From: Promicromonosporaceae bacterium
Lineage (GTDB): Bacteria > Actinomycetota > Actinomycetes > Actinomycetales > Cellulomonadaceae
Length of the DNA stretch: 64,000 bases
Direction: 5' to 3'
NCBI GenBank assembly: GCA_009783295.1
Contig: WRHK01000006.1
Span: 20,813 to 84,812, forward strand
In this document: piece by piece, positions 29,612 to 40,379 of the stretch
Layout of the letters: each line of letters begins with the position of its first letter
Numbering within the stretch: the first letter of the stretch is position 1
Notes under the pieces: generated by a model
What the model was told of the DNA's origin: nothing
The model's input: only the letters and a program-made list of their open reading frames with translations
Databases searched by the model: none
Program-made: the position numbers and the translations under genes

Positions 29612-29638
29612 GATGACTCCTCCCGTCCGTGGCTCCAT

Positions 29639-29688
29639 GAACGGAGCCGACTCCGCTTACGCTATCACTAAACGGAGTCGGGTCCACT
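29639..29688. promoter_or_regulatory. Two AAACGGAG-N4-CTCCGTTT-like operators upstream of the SDR gene
   Basis: GAACGGAG-CCGA-CTCCGCTT (29639-29658) and AAACGGAG-TCGG-GTCCACTT (29670-29689); a third copy precedes the tetR gene. Confidence 0.65.
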
Positions 29689-29706
29689 TATGTTCCCGGG
29701 CGGGCA

Positions 29707-30267
29707 TCAGCGGGGGAGCAGGCCCTCCAGGAGGAGTGCGATCAGGCGCGACGCCAGCGCGCGGTCGTGCTCGTGCCCGCTGATCAGCGTGATGCCGCCC
29801 AGTGCCATGAGGACGTCAGGTGCAGCGCAGTCGGCGCGCAGCTCGCCGGCCTTGACGCCGGCGTCCAGCAGCCGCGACACGGCCCTCCCGAGGGCGTCGC
29901 GGCTGTGCTGGCGGAGCCCGTCGCGGCTCGCGAGGATCGCCGGGAGTGCGTCAGCCATGCCCTGCTTGGTGAGCATGTAGTCGACGAACCGCTCGGCCCA
30001 CTCGCGCAGCGCGTCGAGCGGCGTGCGGGTCTCGAGCAGCGCCGCCGCTGCGTCGCTGAGCCGCGTGGTCTCGGAGCGGTAGGTCGCCTCGATCAGGTCC
30101 TCGCGGGTCGGGAACCGGCGGTAGAGGGTGCCGATCCCCACGCCCGCCTCGGCCGCGATGGCCTTGAGCGAGACGTCGGCGCCGCCGGCGTGGGCGAACG
30201 CCTGGGCGGCCACCTCGAGCAGCCGCTCGTGGTTCGCCTGGGCGTCCGCGCGGAGCGATCGGGCCAC
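29707..30267 (-). CDS. TetR-family regulator
   Basis: LRADAQANHERLL, IAAEAGVGIGTLYRRFPTREDL. Confidence 0.92.
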   Translation of the reverse strand: MARSLRADAQANHERLLEVAAQAFAHAGGADVSLKAIAAEAGVGIGTLYRRFPTREDLIEATYRSETTRLSDAAAALLETRTPLDALREWAERFVDYMLTKQGMADALPAILASRDGLRQHSRDALGRAVSRLLDAGVKAGELRADCAAPDVLMALGGITLISGHEHDRALASRLIALLLEGLLPR

Positions 30268-30296
30268 GGGTCCTCCTTGGATGACGCGCGCGCACC

Positions 30297-30316
30297 ATGC
30301 GGACGCGACTCCGTTT
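30297..30316. promoter_or_regulatory. Operator copy upstream of tetR (autoregulation)
   Basis: ATGCGGAC-GCGA-CTCCGTTT, same consensus as the 29639/29670 sites. Confidence 0.55.
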
Positions 30317-30361
30317 GAGTCTAGTGCCCTGGAAGAGGAGCGCCCCCGGCGCCGTGGTGGC

Positions 30362-31144
30362 TCAGAGCGAGGTGGCGCCCAGCTCGTGCGACAGGTCGTC
30401 GAGCTCGCTGCCGCCCGCCATGAGCGCGGTGAGCTCCGCGGGCGTGATGTCGCCCTTGATGCGGTCCGCGATGCTCCGCCCGCGGCGCAGCACCAGGAAC
30501 CGGTCGCCCACCAGGGAGGCGTGGTGCGGGTTGTGCGTGATGAAGACGACGCCCAGACCCCGGTCGCGTGCGGCGGCGATGTAGCGCAGCACGACGCCCG
30601 ACTGCTTCACCCCCAGCGCCGCCGTCGGCTCGTCGAGGATCAGCACCTTCGCCCCGAAGTGCACGGCCCGGGCGATCGCGACGCACTGCCGCTCGCCGCC
30701 CGAGAGCGTGCCGATCGGCTGGTCGACGTCGCGCAGGTCGATGCCCATGCTCGCCAGGTCCGACCGGGTGATCGCCCTCATGTCCTTGACCGCGAGGCGG
30801 CGGAGCGGGCCGCGCCCCGTGGTCAGCTCGGAGCCGAGGAAGAAGTTGCGCCAGACCGGCATCATCGGCACGACCGCCAGGTTCTGGTAGACGGTCGCGA
30901 TGCCCCGGTCGAGGGCGTCCTTGGGGCGCTCGAGGCGCACGGGCTCGCCGTCGACCAGCAGGTCGCCGTCGTCGTGCGACTGCGCCCCGGCGAGGATCTT
31001 GATCAGCGTCGACTTGCCCGCGCCGTTGTCGCCCAGGATGCACGTGACGGCCCCGGCGTCGACGCGCGTGGACACGTCCGACAGCGCGACCACGTTGCCG
31101 TAGCGCTTGCCCAGGCTGCGGGCCTCGATCAGCGGGGTCGTCAT
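30362..31144 (-). CDS. Sugar ABC transporter ATP-binding protein
   Basis: [29 protein letters not shown]. Confidence 0.92.
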   Translation of the reverse strand: MTTPLIEARSLGKRYGNVVALSDVSTRVDAGAVTCILGDNGAGKSTLIKILAGAQSHDDGDLLVDGEPVRLERPKDALDRGIATVYQNLAVVPMMPVWRNFFLGSELTTGRGPLRRLAVKDMRAITRSDLASMGIDLRDVDQPIGTLSGGERQCVAIARAVHFGAKVLILDEPTAALGVKQSGVVLRYIAAARDRGLGVVFITHNPHHASLVGDRFLVLRRGRSIADRIKGDITPAELTALMAGGSELDDLSHELGATSL

Positions 31145-32190
31145 CGCAGGCCCTCCGCCCGTTCCCGGATGTAGTTGTTGAGCAGCACGGCGAGCAGCAG
31201 CATCACGCCCAGGAACGCCTTGAGCCAGTTGTTGTCCCACCCTGCATACACGATGCCCAGGTTGGCCATGCCGTAGATGAGCGCCCCGAGTGCGGGCCCG
31301 ATCGCGGACCCGACGCCGCCGGTCATCACGCACCCGCCGACGACGGCGCAGATGATGAAGATGAGCTCGAGCCCGATGCCGGACGAGCTCTGCGCGGTGC
31401 CGAACCGGAACAGCGAGATCTGGCCGACCAGCCACCCGCAGCCCGCCGTCGCCGTGAACAGCGCCACCTTGGTGCGCTTGACGGGCACGCCCACCTCGCG
31501 CGCCGACTCGAACGCCCCGCCGACGGCGTAGATCCAGTTGCCGTACCGCGTCCGCGTCAGCACCCACGTGCCGAGCGCGACGACGGCGACCCACCACCAC
31601 ACCGACGCCTGGACCTGCATGCCGAAGATCGACGTGCGCGAGGCGAGCAGCCACTGGACGTCGCGGAAACCGGGCACCCGGTTCATGCCCTGGATCGACA
31701 CCTGCCCGATGATCGCCTTGAGCAGCGCAAGGTTGACGCCCTGCAGCACGAAGAACGTGCCGAGCGTGACGATGAAGCTGGGCAGGCGGGTGCGGGTCAC
31801 GAGCATCCCGTTGAGCACCCCGACGGCCAGGCACGCCACCGCCGACAGCGCCATGGACAGCCACACGTTCACGCCGTAGTGCGTGGTCAGGACGCCGGTG
31901 ACCAGCCCGGAGAACCCCACCATCACGCCCGCGGAGAGGTCGAACTCGCCGGCCGTCATGAGCAGGCCCACAGGCACGGCCATGATGCCGATCGTCGCGG
32001 CCGACTCCAGCCACGTCGCGATGCCGGCGGACGACGCGAAGCTCTGCGTGGTCACCGAGAAGAACACGAAGATGACCAGCGCCGCGATGCCCGCGCTCAC
32101 TGCAGGGCGGCGCAGCAGCCGGGTCACCCACGAGGTGGGGGTGAGCCGCTCGTCGGTGGTCGGCCTGGTCACCACGGCCCCGTCGCTCAT
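31141..32190 (-). CDS. Sugar ABC transporter permease (RbsC-like)
   Basis: [37 protein letters not shown]. Confidence 0.9.
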   Translation of the reverse strand: MSDGAVVTRPTTDERLTPTSWVTRLLRRPAVSAGIAALVIFVFFSVTTQSFASSAGIATWLESAATIGIMAVPVGLLMTAGEFDLSAGVMVGFSGLVTGVLTTHYGVNVWLSMALSAVACLAVGVLNGMLVTRTRLPSFIVTLGTFFVLQGVNLALLKAIIGQVSIQGMNRVPGFRDVQWLLASRTSIFGMQVQASVWWWVAVVALGTWVLTRTRYGNWIYAVGGAFESAREVGVPVKRTKVALFTATAGCGWLVGQISLFRFGTAQSSSGIGLELIFIICAVVGGCVMTGGVGSAIGPALGALIYGMANLGIVYAGWDNNWLKAFLGVMLLLAVLLNNYIRERAEGLR

Positions 32191-33188
32191 CGCGTCCCCC
32201 TCGCTGCGTACTGGAGCACCTGCTGGGCGTTGTCCTTGGTCACGAACGACGGCCCGGAGTAGATGGGCTCGCCGCCGCCGATGTCGTTCCCGTTGATGGC
32301 GTGCAGGTACAGGGCCGTGATCCCCAGGTAGCCCTGGACGTAGGGCTGCTGGTCGATGGCGAAGGAGATCCGCCCGGCGATGATGTCCTTGAGCACGTCG
32401 GTCGACAGGTCGAAGGTGGCGATGGTCGCCCGGCTGTACGCCTCGCGCGCCGCCTGCACGGCCTGCACGGCCACCGCGCCCTGGAGCGTGAGCACCGCGT
32501 CGATCGTCGGGTCGTGCTGCAGGCTCGCCTTGATGGTGCTGGCGACGGCCGTCGGGTTGGTGACGTCGACCTGCACGTTGCGCATCCGGCCGCCCATGCC
32601 CTGCGCCGCGGCGGCGCACCGCTGCTCCAGGCCGACGTTGCCCGCCTCGTGGATCACACAGATCGCGTTGGTGGCGCCCTCGGCCTTGAGCCGCTCGCCC
32701 GCGGCCTTCCCGGCGATCGACTCGGACTGGCCGATGTGCGTGATCGCGCCGAACTTCTTCCACACGTCGAGCCCCGAGTTGATGGTCACCACGGGGATGC
32801 CCGCCGCGACGGCGGCGCGGACGCTCGTCTCCAGGCCGTCGGGGTTCGCCAGCGACACGACGAGACCGTCGACGTGCGAGGCCACCGCCTGGTCCACCAG
32901 CAGCGACTGCTGGCCCGGGTCGGGGGACGAGGAGTACTGCACGGTCACGCCGTAGTCCGACCCCGCCTGGCGGGCACCGGACTGCACGCGGTCCCAGAAC
33001 TCGTCGCCGGCGCTGGCGTGCGTGATCACGGCGAACGTCAGGTTGCCGACGTCGCGCGGCTGCGCGGGAGCGGCAAGGCTCGGCGTGGTGTCGTCGGGCA
33101 GGCTGCACGCGCTCAGCAGCGCGACGGCGAAGGCGATCACGACGCCCAGCACGGACAGGCGGCGCGCCTGGGGTCGCATTCGGGGCAT
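32187..33188 (-). CDS. Sugar ABC substrate-binding lipoprotein (RbsB-like, possibly inositol)
   Basis: Lipobox LSAC; VITH...[24 protein letters not shown]; substrate is inference. Confidence 0.85.
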   Translation of the reverse strand: MPRMRPQARRLSVLGVVIAFAVALLSACSLPDDTTPSLAAPAQPRDVGNLTFAVITHASAGDEFWDRVQSGARQAGSDYGVTVQYSSSPDPGQQSLLVDQAVASHVDGLVVSLANPDGLETSVRAAVAAGIPVVTINSGLDVWKKFGAITHIGQSESIAGKAAGERLKAEGATNAICVIHEAGNVGLEQRCAAAAQGMGGRMRNVQVDVTNPTAVASTIKASLQHDPTIDAVLTLQGAVAVQAVQAAREAYSRATIATFDLSTDVLKDIIAGRISFAIDQQPYVQGYLGITALYLHAINGNDIGGGEPIYSGPSFVTKDNAQQVLQYAARGTR

Positions 33189-33281
33189 CCCTGAACGGTA
33201 GCCAGCGGGCCCGGGCGCGGCACGCCGGTCAGCGCGAGACGCGGTGGCGGGGTGGCGCGCGGGGGAGTGTGAGACGAGACG

Positions 33282-33310
33282 GCCCGCCACCTGGCGAACA
33301 GGTGGCGGGC
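33282..33310 (-). terminator. Stem-loop downstream of tRNA-Arg
   Basis: GCCCGCCACCTG / CAGGTGGCGGGC 12-bp stem. Confidence 0.7.
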
Positions 33311-33322
33311 TGTCTCGGTCGG

Positions 33323-33395
33323 TGCGCCTGAAGGGACTCGAACCCCCGACCTTCTGCTCCGGAGGCAGACGCTCTATCCACTGAGCTACAGGCGC
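33323..33395 (-). tRNA. tRNA-Arg(CCG)
   Basis: GCGCCTGTAGCTCAGTGGATAGAGCGTCTGCCTCCGGAGCAGAAGGTCGGGGGTTCGAGTCCCTTCAGGCGCA; anticodon loop CTCCGGA; CCA not fully encoded. Confidence 0.97.
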
Positions 33396-33613
33396 GCGGC
33401 CACCGGGTGCACCGGAAGGCCGGTGCCGAGACTACCAGCACCGCCGCTCGGGTCGGCACCCGATTCGCGGGTCGCCTCGACCGAACCGGTTGGGATCGGC
33501 AGTTCGTCGTCGGATCGTGCCCCCGGGCGCACGGTCCGACGAACTGCCGAACCGAAGGCCACCCCGCGAAAACCCGGCCTGGCCCCCACCTGAGCCTCGG
33601 TAGAATCGCCCGG

Positions 33614-35326
33614 GTGACCCCCGACGAGCTCTCCGGAGCCCTCAGCGCTGCCCTCGCCTCGGCCGTGGCCGACGGCACCCTCGCCCTCCCCGCCGACGCC
33701 GTCCCCGCGTCGGTGCACGTCGAGCGACCCCGGCAGCGCGAGCACGGGGACTGGGCCACCAACGTGGCCCTCCAGCTCGCCAAGAAGGCCGGCACCAACC
33801 CGCGCGCCCTCGCGGAGGAGCTTGCCAACCGGCTCAAGGCCGTGGCCGGCATCAAGAAGGTCGACATCGCCGGCCCGGGCTTCCTCAACATCACGCTCGA
33901 CGCCGCCGCCGCGGGCGAGCTGGCGCGCTCGATCGTCGAGGCCGGCACGCAGTACGGCCACAACACGGCCGAGGCGGGCAAGCACATCAACCTCGAGTTC
34001 GTGTCGGCCAACCCGACGGGTCCCATCCACATCGGTGGCGTCCGCTGGGCGGCCGTCGGCGACTCGCTGGCCCGCGTGCTCGAGGCCTCGGGCGCGAAGG
34101 TGACGCGCGAGTACTACTTCAACGACCACGGCACGCAGATCGACCGCTTCGCGCGCTCGCTGCTCGCCGCGGCGCGGGGTGAGGCCGCGCCCGAGGACGG
34201 CTACGGCGGCGCCTACATCCAGGAGATCGCCGACGCCGTCACGGCCCAGGCGACCGCTGCGGGCGAGCCCGCGCCCGCCACGCTCGACGACGCCGCGGCC
34301 CAGGAGGCCCTGAGGTCTCGCGGCGTCGAGATGATGTTCGGCGAGATCAAGAAGTCGCTGCACGACTTCGGCGTCGACTTCGACGTGTACTTCCACGAGG
34401 ACTCGCTGCACGAGTCCGGCGCGGTGGACCACGCCGTCGAGCGCCTCCGCAAGGAGGGCCACATCTTCGAGGCCGACGGTGCCACGTGGCTGCGCACCAC
34501 CGACTTCGGCGACGACAAGGACCGCGTCGTCATCAAGTCCGACGGCGACGCCGCCTACATCGCGGGCGACATCGCCTACTACCTCGACAAGCGCGAGCGC
34601 GGCGCCGACGAGGTCATCATCATGCTGGGCGCCGACCACCACGGGTACATCGGCCGCATGATGGCGGTCTGCGCGGCCTTCGGCGACGAGCCGAACCGCA
34701 ACCTGCAGATCCTCATCGGCCAGCTCGTCAACCTGGTCAAGGACGGCCAGCCGGTGCGCATGTCCAAGCGCGCGGGCACGGTCATCACCATCGACGACCT
34801 GGTCGACGCCGTCGGCGTGGACGCCGCCCGCTACTCGCTGGCCCGCTTCGCCGCCGACTCCACGATCGACCTCGACCTCGACCTGCTGACCAGCCAGAAG
34901 AACGAGAACCCCGTTTACTACGTGCAGTACGCGCACTCGCGCACGGCGGCTGTCGACCGCAACGCCGCCGACCGCGGCGTCGTCCGCGCCGACGGCTTCG
35001 ACCCGTCGCTGCTCGACCACCCCACGGAGGCCGCCCTGCTGGGCCGCCTCGCGGAGTACCCGCGCGTGGTCGCCGAGGCCGCCGCGCTGCGCGAGCCGCA
35101 CCGCGTGGCCCGCTACCTGGAGGCGCTCGCGGGCGACTTCCACTCCTGGTACCAGAGCAAGGATGCTGTCGAGGGCCAGCAGCCCCAACAGAGGAGGGTG
35201 CTCCCGTACCCGGACGAGGAGGTCACGGACACGCACCGCACGCGCCTCTGGCTCAATGACGCCGTCCGCCAGGTCCTCGCCAACGGCCTCGGCCTCCTCG
35301 GTGTCTCCGCCCCGGAGCGCATGTGA
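33614..35326 (+). CDS. argS: Arginyl-tRNA synthetase
   Basis: [14 protein letters not shown] (HIGH), [17 protein letters not shown]; TAGAAT 7 nt before GTG. Confidence 0.97.
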   Translation: MTPDELSGALSAALASAVADGTLALPADAVPASVHVERPRQREHGDWATNVALQLAKKAGTNPRALAEELANRLKAVAGIKKVDIAGPGFLNITLDAAAAGELARSIVEAGTQYGHNTAEAGKHINLEFVSANPTGPIHIGGVRWAAVGDSLARVLEASGAKVTREYYFNDHGTQIDRFARSLLAAARGEAAPEDGYGGAYIQEIADAVTAQATAAGEPAPATLDDAAAQEALRSRGVEMMFGEIKKSLHDFGVDFDVYFHEDSLHESGAVDHAVERLRKEGHIFEADGATWLRTTDFGDDKDRVVIKSDGDAAYIAGDIAYYLDKRERGADEVIIMLGADHHGYIGRMMAVCAAFGDEPNRNLQILIGQLVNLVKDGQPVRMSKRAGTVITIDDLVDAVGVDAARYSLARFAADSTIDLDLDLLTSQKNENPVYYVQYAHSRTAAVDRNAADRGVVRADGFDPSLLDHPTEAALLGRLAEYPRVVAEAAALREPHRVARYLEALAGDFHSWYQSKDAVEGQQPQQRRVLPYPDEEVTDTHRTRLWLNDAVRQVLANGLGLLGVSAPERM

Positions 35327-36696
35327 GCACCGCGTCGGGGACCCCGTGGCCCGCGTCGGCGGTCCGTGACGACGACGGCGCGCTCGTCGTCGGCGGCGTG
35401 ACCGCTCCCGCCCTCGCGGCCGAGCACGGCACGCCCGCCTACGTGCTCGACGAGGGCGAGTTCCGCGCCCGCGCCCGCGCCTACCAGGGCGCGTTCACCG
35501 ACGCGTTCGCGGCGATCGGCGCGGGCGTCGACGTCTACTACGCCGGCAAGGCGCTGCTCACCGTGGCCGTCGCCCGCTGGGCGCGCGAGGAGGGCCTGCG
35601 CGTCGACACGGCGTCGGGCGGCGAGCTCGCCGTCGCGCTGCGGGCCGGGGTGCCCGGTGCGGAGCTGGGGCTGCACGGCAACAACAAGTCCGACGCCGAG
35701 CTCCAGGCGGCGCTCGACAACGGCGTGGGCCGGATCATCGTGGACTCGCTCGGCGAGATCGACCGGCTCGCCGACCTCGCGGAGGCGCGCGGCGTCGTCG
35801 CGCCCGTCATGGTGCGCGTCACCACGGGCGTCCACGCGGGCGGCCACGAGTTCATCTCGACCGCGCACGAGGACCAGAAGTTCGGCCTGTCGGTCAACGC
35901 GGGCCCCGACGGCGGCGACTCGCCGGCCGTGCTGGCGCTGCTGCGCATCCTGGCCCGCCCGAGCCTCAAGCTGCTGGGCATCCACTCGCACATCGGCTCG
36001 CAGATCCTCGACTCGGCCGGGTTCGGCGAGGCGGCCCGCACGGTGCTGCGCCTGCGCGCCCACCTGGGCGTGCGCACGGGCGTGCTGGTCGACGAGGTGG
36101 ACCTGGGCGGCGGCTACGGCATCGCCTACCTGCCGCAGGACCAGGAGATCGACCCGCGCAAGGTGGCCCACGAGGTCGCGCAGGCCGTCGCCCACGCGTG
36201 CCAGGAGCTGGGCACCGCGGTGCCGCGCATCTCCATCGAGCCGGGCCGGGCGATCGTCGGGCCCGCGGGCATCACCGTCTACACGGTGGGCACGGTAAAG
36301 CCGGTGCTGGTCACGGCCGACGACAACTCGACGTTCACGCGCCTGTACGTCTCGGTCGACGGCGGCATGAGCGACAACATCCGCCCGGCGCTCTACGGCG
36401 CGGCGTACCACGCGGAGATCGCGAACCGTCGCTCGGAGGCCCCGCTCGCACTGGTGCGCGTGGTGGGCAAGCACTGCGAGTCGGGCGACATCGTCGTCCA
36501 CGAGCTCATGCTGCCGGGCGACGTGCAGCCCGGCGACCTCCTCGCCGTCGCCGCCACCGGCGCCTACGGCCGCTCGATGGCGTCGAACTACAACCTGCTG
36601 ACGCGCCCGCCCGTGGTCGCGGTGCACGACGGCGCCAGCCGCGTGCTGCTGCGCCGCGAGACGGTCGACGACCTGCTGGCGCTCGACCTCGGCTGA
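35323..36696 (+). CDS. lysA: Diaminopimelate decarboxylase
   Basis: YAGKA PLP lysine, [25 protein letters not shown]. Confidence 0.96.
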   Translation: MSTASGTPWPASAVRDDDGALVVGGVTAPALAAEHGTPAYVLDEGEFRARARAYQGAFTDAFAAIGAGVDVYYAGKALLTVAVARWAREEGLRVDTASGGELAVALRAGVPGAELGLHGNNKSDAELQAALDNGVGRIIVDSLGEIDRLADLAEARGVVAPVMVRVTTGVHAGGHEFISTAHEDQKFGLSVNAGPDGGDSPAVLALLRILARPSLKLLGIHSHIGSQILDSAGFGEAARTVLRLRAHLGVRTGVLVDEVDLGGGYGIAYLPQDQEIDPRKVAHEVAQAVAHACQELGTAVPRISIEPGRAIVGPAGITVYTVGTVKPVLVTADDNSTFTRLYVSVDGGMSDNIRPALYGAAYHAEIANRRSEAPLALVRVVGKHCESGDIVVHELMLPGDVQPGDLLAVAATGAYGRSMASNYNLLTRPPVVAVHDGASRVLLRRETVDDLLALDLG

Positions 36697-36702
36697 TCGG
36701 CG

Positions 36703-36732
36703 CCGTCCGACCCGCGCCCACGGGTCGGACGG
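36703..36732. terminator. Stem-loop between lysA and hom
   Basis: CCGTCCGACCCG / CGGGTCGGACGG 12-bp stem. Confidence 0.55.
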
Positions 36733-36797
36733 CTGCCGTCCCGGCACGCGGGACGCCCTATCCTGGGCCCGACATCCCCTCGTTCCCGGAGGTGCCC

Positions 36798-38105
36798 GTG
36801 CCCGAGACGACCAGCCAGACCCCCCTGCGCGTCGCACTGCTCGGCTGTGGGGTGGTGGGCAGCCAGGTGGCGCTCGGCATCCTGGCCAACCCGATCGACC
36901 TCGCCGCCCGTGTGGGCGCCCCGCTCGAGCTGGTGGGCATCGCCGTCCGCAGGCCCGACGCCGAGTACGACCCGCGCATCCCTCGCGAGCTCTTCACCAC
37001 CGACGTCGTCGAGCTCGCGGGCCGCGCGGACATCGTGGTCGAGCTCATGGGCGGCATCGAGCCGGCCCGCACCGCGATCCTGCGCGCGCTCGAGTCCGGC
37101 GCCGCCGTCGTCACGGCGAACAAGGCGCTGCTGGCCGAGCGCGGCCCGGAGCTGTTCGAGGCCGCGGACGCCGCAGGCGTCGACCTCTCCTACGAGGCCG
37201 CCGTCGCCGGCGCGATCCCGATCATCCGGCCGATCCGCGAGTCGCTCGCGGGCGACCACGTGCGCCGCATCCTGGGCATCGTCAACGGCACCACCAACTT
37301 CGTGCTCGACAAGATGACCACCGAGGGCCTCGAGCTCGACCAGGCGGTCAAGGAGGCCCAGGCGCTGGGCTTCGCCGAGGCCGACCCGACGGCCGACGTC
37401 GACGGCTTCGACGCCGCCTCGAAGGCCGCGATCCTCGCCAGCCTGGCGTTCCACACGCGCGTGTCCATCAACGACGTCGCGCGGGAGGGCATCCGGTCCG
37501 TCACCGCGGCCGACGTCGCGTGGGCGCAGAAGACGGGCCACGTCATCAAGCTGCTCGCCGTCGCCGAGGTGATCGGCCCGGTCGACGACGGCGAGATCTC
37601 CGTGCGCGTCCACCCGGCGCTCGTGCCCGCCGACCACCCGCTGGCCGCCGTCCGCGGCGCGTTCAACGCGGTGTTCGTCGAGGCCGACGGCGCGGGCCCG
37701 CTCATGTTCTACGGCCAGGGTGCCGGCGGCCGCCCGACGGCGTCGGCCGTGCTGGGCGACGTCGTCTCCGCGGCCCGCCGCCGCCTCACCGGTGGCAAGG
37801 GGCTGCGCGAGTCCAAGGACCAGGCGTTCCCCGTGCTGCCCGCCGCCGCGGCGATCGCGCGCTACCAGCTGCGCCTCGACGTCGACGACCGCCCCGGCGT
37901 GCTCGCGCAGGTCGCGGGCCTGCTGGCCGACCACGGCGTGTCCATCGACACCGTGCGCCAGGCGCCGTCGCAGGGCGACGTCGCCCACCTGCTCATCACC
38001 ACCCATGCCGCGCGCGAGGCCTCGCTCGCGGCCACCGTCGACGCCGTCGCCCGCCTCGAGCCGGTGCGCGACGTCGTGTCCGTCCTGCGAGTCGAAGGAG
38101 CCTGA
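36798..38105 (+). CDS. hom: Homoserine dehydrogenase with C-terminal ACT domain
   Basis: [49 protein letters not shown]. Confidence 0.96.
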   Translation: MPETTSQTPLRVALLGCGVVGSQVALGILANPIDLAARVGAPLELVGIAVRRPDAEYDPRIPRELFTTDVVELAGRADIVVELMGGIEPARTAILRALESGAAVVTANKALLAERGPELFEAADAAGVDLSYEAAVAGAIPIIRPIRESLAGDHVRRILGIVNGTTNFVLDKMTTEGLELDQAVKEAQALGFAEADPTADVDGFDAASKAAILASLAFHTRVSINDVAREGIRSVTAADVAWAQKTGHVIKLLAVAEVIGPVDDGEISVRVHPALVPADHPLAAVRGAFNAVFVEADGAGPLMFYGQGAGGRPTASAVLGDVVSAARRRLTGGKGLRESKDQAFPVLPAAAAIARYQLRLDVDDRPGVLAQVAGLLADHGVSIDTVRQAPSQGDVAHLLITTHAAREASLAATVDAVARLEPVRDVVSVLRVEGA

Positions 38106-38110
38106 ACCCC

Positions 38111-39178
38111 GTGGCACACCAGTGGCAGGGCGTCATCCGTGAGTACGCCGACCGTCTGCCCGAGCACGTCCAGCAGGAGATCGTGACCCTGGGCGAGGGC
38201 GGCACGCCGCTCGTCGCCGCCCCGGCGCTCTCGGCCCGCACCGGCGCCAGCGTCTGGGTCAAGGTCGAGGGCATGAACCCGACGGGCTCCTTCAAGGACC
38301 GCGGCATGACGACGGCGATCTCCGCCGCCGCCGGCCGCGGCGCGAAGGCCGTCGTGTGCGCCTCGACCGGCAACACGTCGGCCTCGGCCGCCGCGTACGC
38401 CACGCGCGCCGGGATGACGTGCGCGGTGCTGGTGCCGGACGGCAAGATCGCGATGGGCAAGCTCTCGCAGGCGATCGCCCACGGCGCCCGGCTGCTGCAG
38501 GTCGACGGCAACTTCGACGACTGCCTCGTCGCCGCGCGCAAGCTCGCCGAGGCCTACCCGGTCGAGCTCGTGAACTCGGTGAACCCGGACCGCATCGAGG
38601 GCCAGAAGACGGGCGCGTTCGAGATCGTCGACGCCCTCGGCGACGCCCCCGACATCCATGCCCTGCCCGTCGGCAACGCCGGCAACATCACCGCCTACCG
38701 CAAGGGCTTCCTCGAGTACGCCGCGTCGGGCGACGCGTCGAAGGCGCCGGTCATGTGGGGCTTCCAGGCCGCGGGCGCCGCGCCCATCGTGGCCGGCCAC
38801 CCGATCGACGAGCCCGAGACCATCGCCACGGCGATCCGCATCGGCAACCCCGCCTCGTGGGAGCAGGCCGTGGCCGCGCGTGACGAGTCGGGCGGCGTGA
38901 TCGAGGCCGTGACCGACGAGGAGATCCTCGCCGCGCACCGCATCCTGTCGGCCGAGGTGGGCGTGTTCGTCGAGCCCGCGTCGGCCGCCGGTGTGGCGGG
39001 CGTGCTCAAGCGCGCGGCGGCCGGGCTGGTCCCCGCCGGCGCCCGCATCGTCATCACGGTCACCGGCCACGGTCTCAAGGACCCGTCCTGGGCCCTGCGC
39101 ACGCCCGACGGCGGCGAGGTCACCCCGGTGCGCGTGACGGCCGACGTCGTGAGCATCGCCGACGCCCTGGGCCTCTGA
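38111..39178 (+). CDS. thrC: Threonine synthase
   Basis: [37 protein letters not shown]. Confidence 0.96.
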   Translation: MAHQWQGVIREYADRLPEHVQQEIVTLGEGGTPLVAAPALSARTGASVWVKVEGMNPTGSFKDRGMTTAISAAAGRGAKAVVCASTGNTSASAAAYATRAGMTCAVLVPDGKIAMGKLSQAIAHGARLLQVDGNFDDCLVAARKLAEAYPVELVNSVNPDRIEGQKTGAFEIVDALGDAPDIHALPVGNAGNITAYRKGFLEYAASGDASKAPVMWGFQAAGAAPIVAGHPIDEPETIATAIRIGNPASWEQAVAARDESGGVIEAVTDEEILAAHRILSAEVGVFVEPASAAGVAGVLKRAAAGLVPAGARIVITVTGHGLKDPSWALRTPDGGEVTPVRVTADVVSIADALGL

Positions 39179-39180
39179 GC

Positions 39181-40113
39181 ATGCAGCTCGGAGCCGACCA
39201 CGTCGTCGTGCGGGTCCCCGCCACCAGCGCCAACCTGGGGCCGGGCTTCGACGCGCTCGGCCTCGCGCTGGCGCTGTACGACGAGCTCGAGGTGCGCCTG
39301 GTCGCGTCCGACGACGTGGTCGTCGACGTGTACGGCGAGGGGGCCGGGCAGGTGCCCACCGACGCCGAGCACCTGGTGGTGCGCGCGCTGCGGCACACGC
39401 TCGACGTCATGGGCGTGTCGCAGACCGGGCTGCGCATGACGTGCTCCAACTCCATCCCGCACGGCCGCGGGCTCGGGTCCTCGGCTGCGGCCGTCGTGGC
39501 CGGGATCGTGGCTGCGCGGGCGCTGCTGTCCGACCCGCGCGCCCTCGACTCGCGCGGCGTGCTCGCGATCGCCACGGAGTTCGAGGGCCACCCCGACAAC
39601 GCCGCCCCGGCCATCGCCGGCGGCGCCACGGTGGCGTGGCAGGACGACGACGGCCCCCGCGCGGTCGACCTCGCCGTCGACCCGTCGATCGTCGCGACGG
39701 TGCTGGTGCCCGACGCGCGGCTGGCGACGTCGCGGGCCAGGGCCGTGCTGCCCACCCACGTGCCGCACTCCGACGCCGCCTTCAACGCGGGCCGCTCCGC
39801 GCTGCTGGTCGAGGCGCTCGCCCGCCGCCCCGAGCTGCTGCTCGACGCCACCGAGGACAAGCTGCACCAGGGCTACCGGGCCGGCGTGATGGCGGCGTCG
39901 TCCGAGCTGCTGCGGGCGCTGCGCGCCGAGGGGCACGCCGCCACGATCTCCGGCGCCGGCCCCACGGTGCTCGTGCTCAGCCCGGCCGAGCAGGTCCCCG
40001 CGCTCGACGCCACGCTCGCGGGGCTGGTGGACGGCGTCGCCGGATGGCGCGCCCTGCGGCCTGGCATCGACACGGACGGTGCGCGGGCGCGCCGTGTGCT
40101 GCAGGCTCCTTGA
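39181..40113 (+). CDS. thrB: Homoserine kinase
   Basis: PATSANLGPGFD, PHGRGLGSSAA, EGHPDNAAP, SGAGPT. Confidence 0.96.
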   Translation: MQLGADHVVVRVPATSANLGPGFDALGLALALYDELEVRLVASDDVVVDVYGEGAGQVPTDAEHLVVRALRHTLDVMGVSQTGLRMTCSNSIPHGRGLGSSAAAVVAGIVAARALLSDPRALDSRGVLAIATEFEGHPDNAAPAIAGGATVAWQDDDGPRAVDLAVDPSIVATVLVPDARLATSRARAVLPTHVPHSDAAFNAGRSALLVEALARRPELLLDATEDKLHQGYRAGVMAASSELLRALRAEGHAATISGAGPTVLVLSPAEQVPALDATLAGLVDGVAGWRALRPGIDTDGARARRVLQAP

Positions 40114-40379
40114 CCCCGGCTTTGCGGTGGTAGCATCGCAATGAGCCTTCAGGCATCGGCCGTCTCTCGTCATCCAGACACACGACGCTGGCCGACCTCC
40201 GCGCCACCCCCACTTCATCCGCGCACGCAGCGCAGCCCCTGCACTGTCCCGTGGGCGGGAGCAGCAGGCAAAGAGGGCGAAGGCCGACGAACCGGAGTCA
40301 GTGACGTCGCTGTACTGCTGACGCGAGGTTCATGCGTCCCGGCGACACCGCCGGACGCCCCGCCAACAAGGGGTCATTC

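Noticed and set aside
33282-33310. ZTP-riboswitch-like CTGGCGAACAGGTGG
   Set aside because: Fully explained as a perfect terminator hairpin after the tRNA; the GGGGAGC and downstream pseudoknot elements are absent.
25590-33395. Integrative element at tRNA-Arg(CCG)
   Set aside because: No integrase and no duplicated tRNA 3' end seen by eye.
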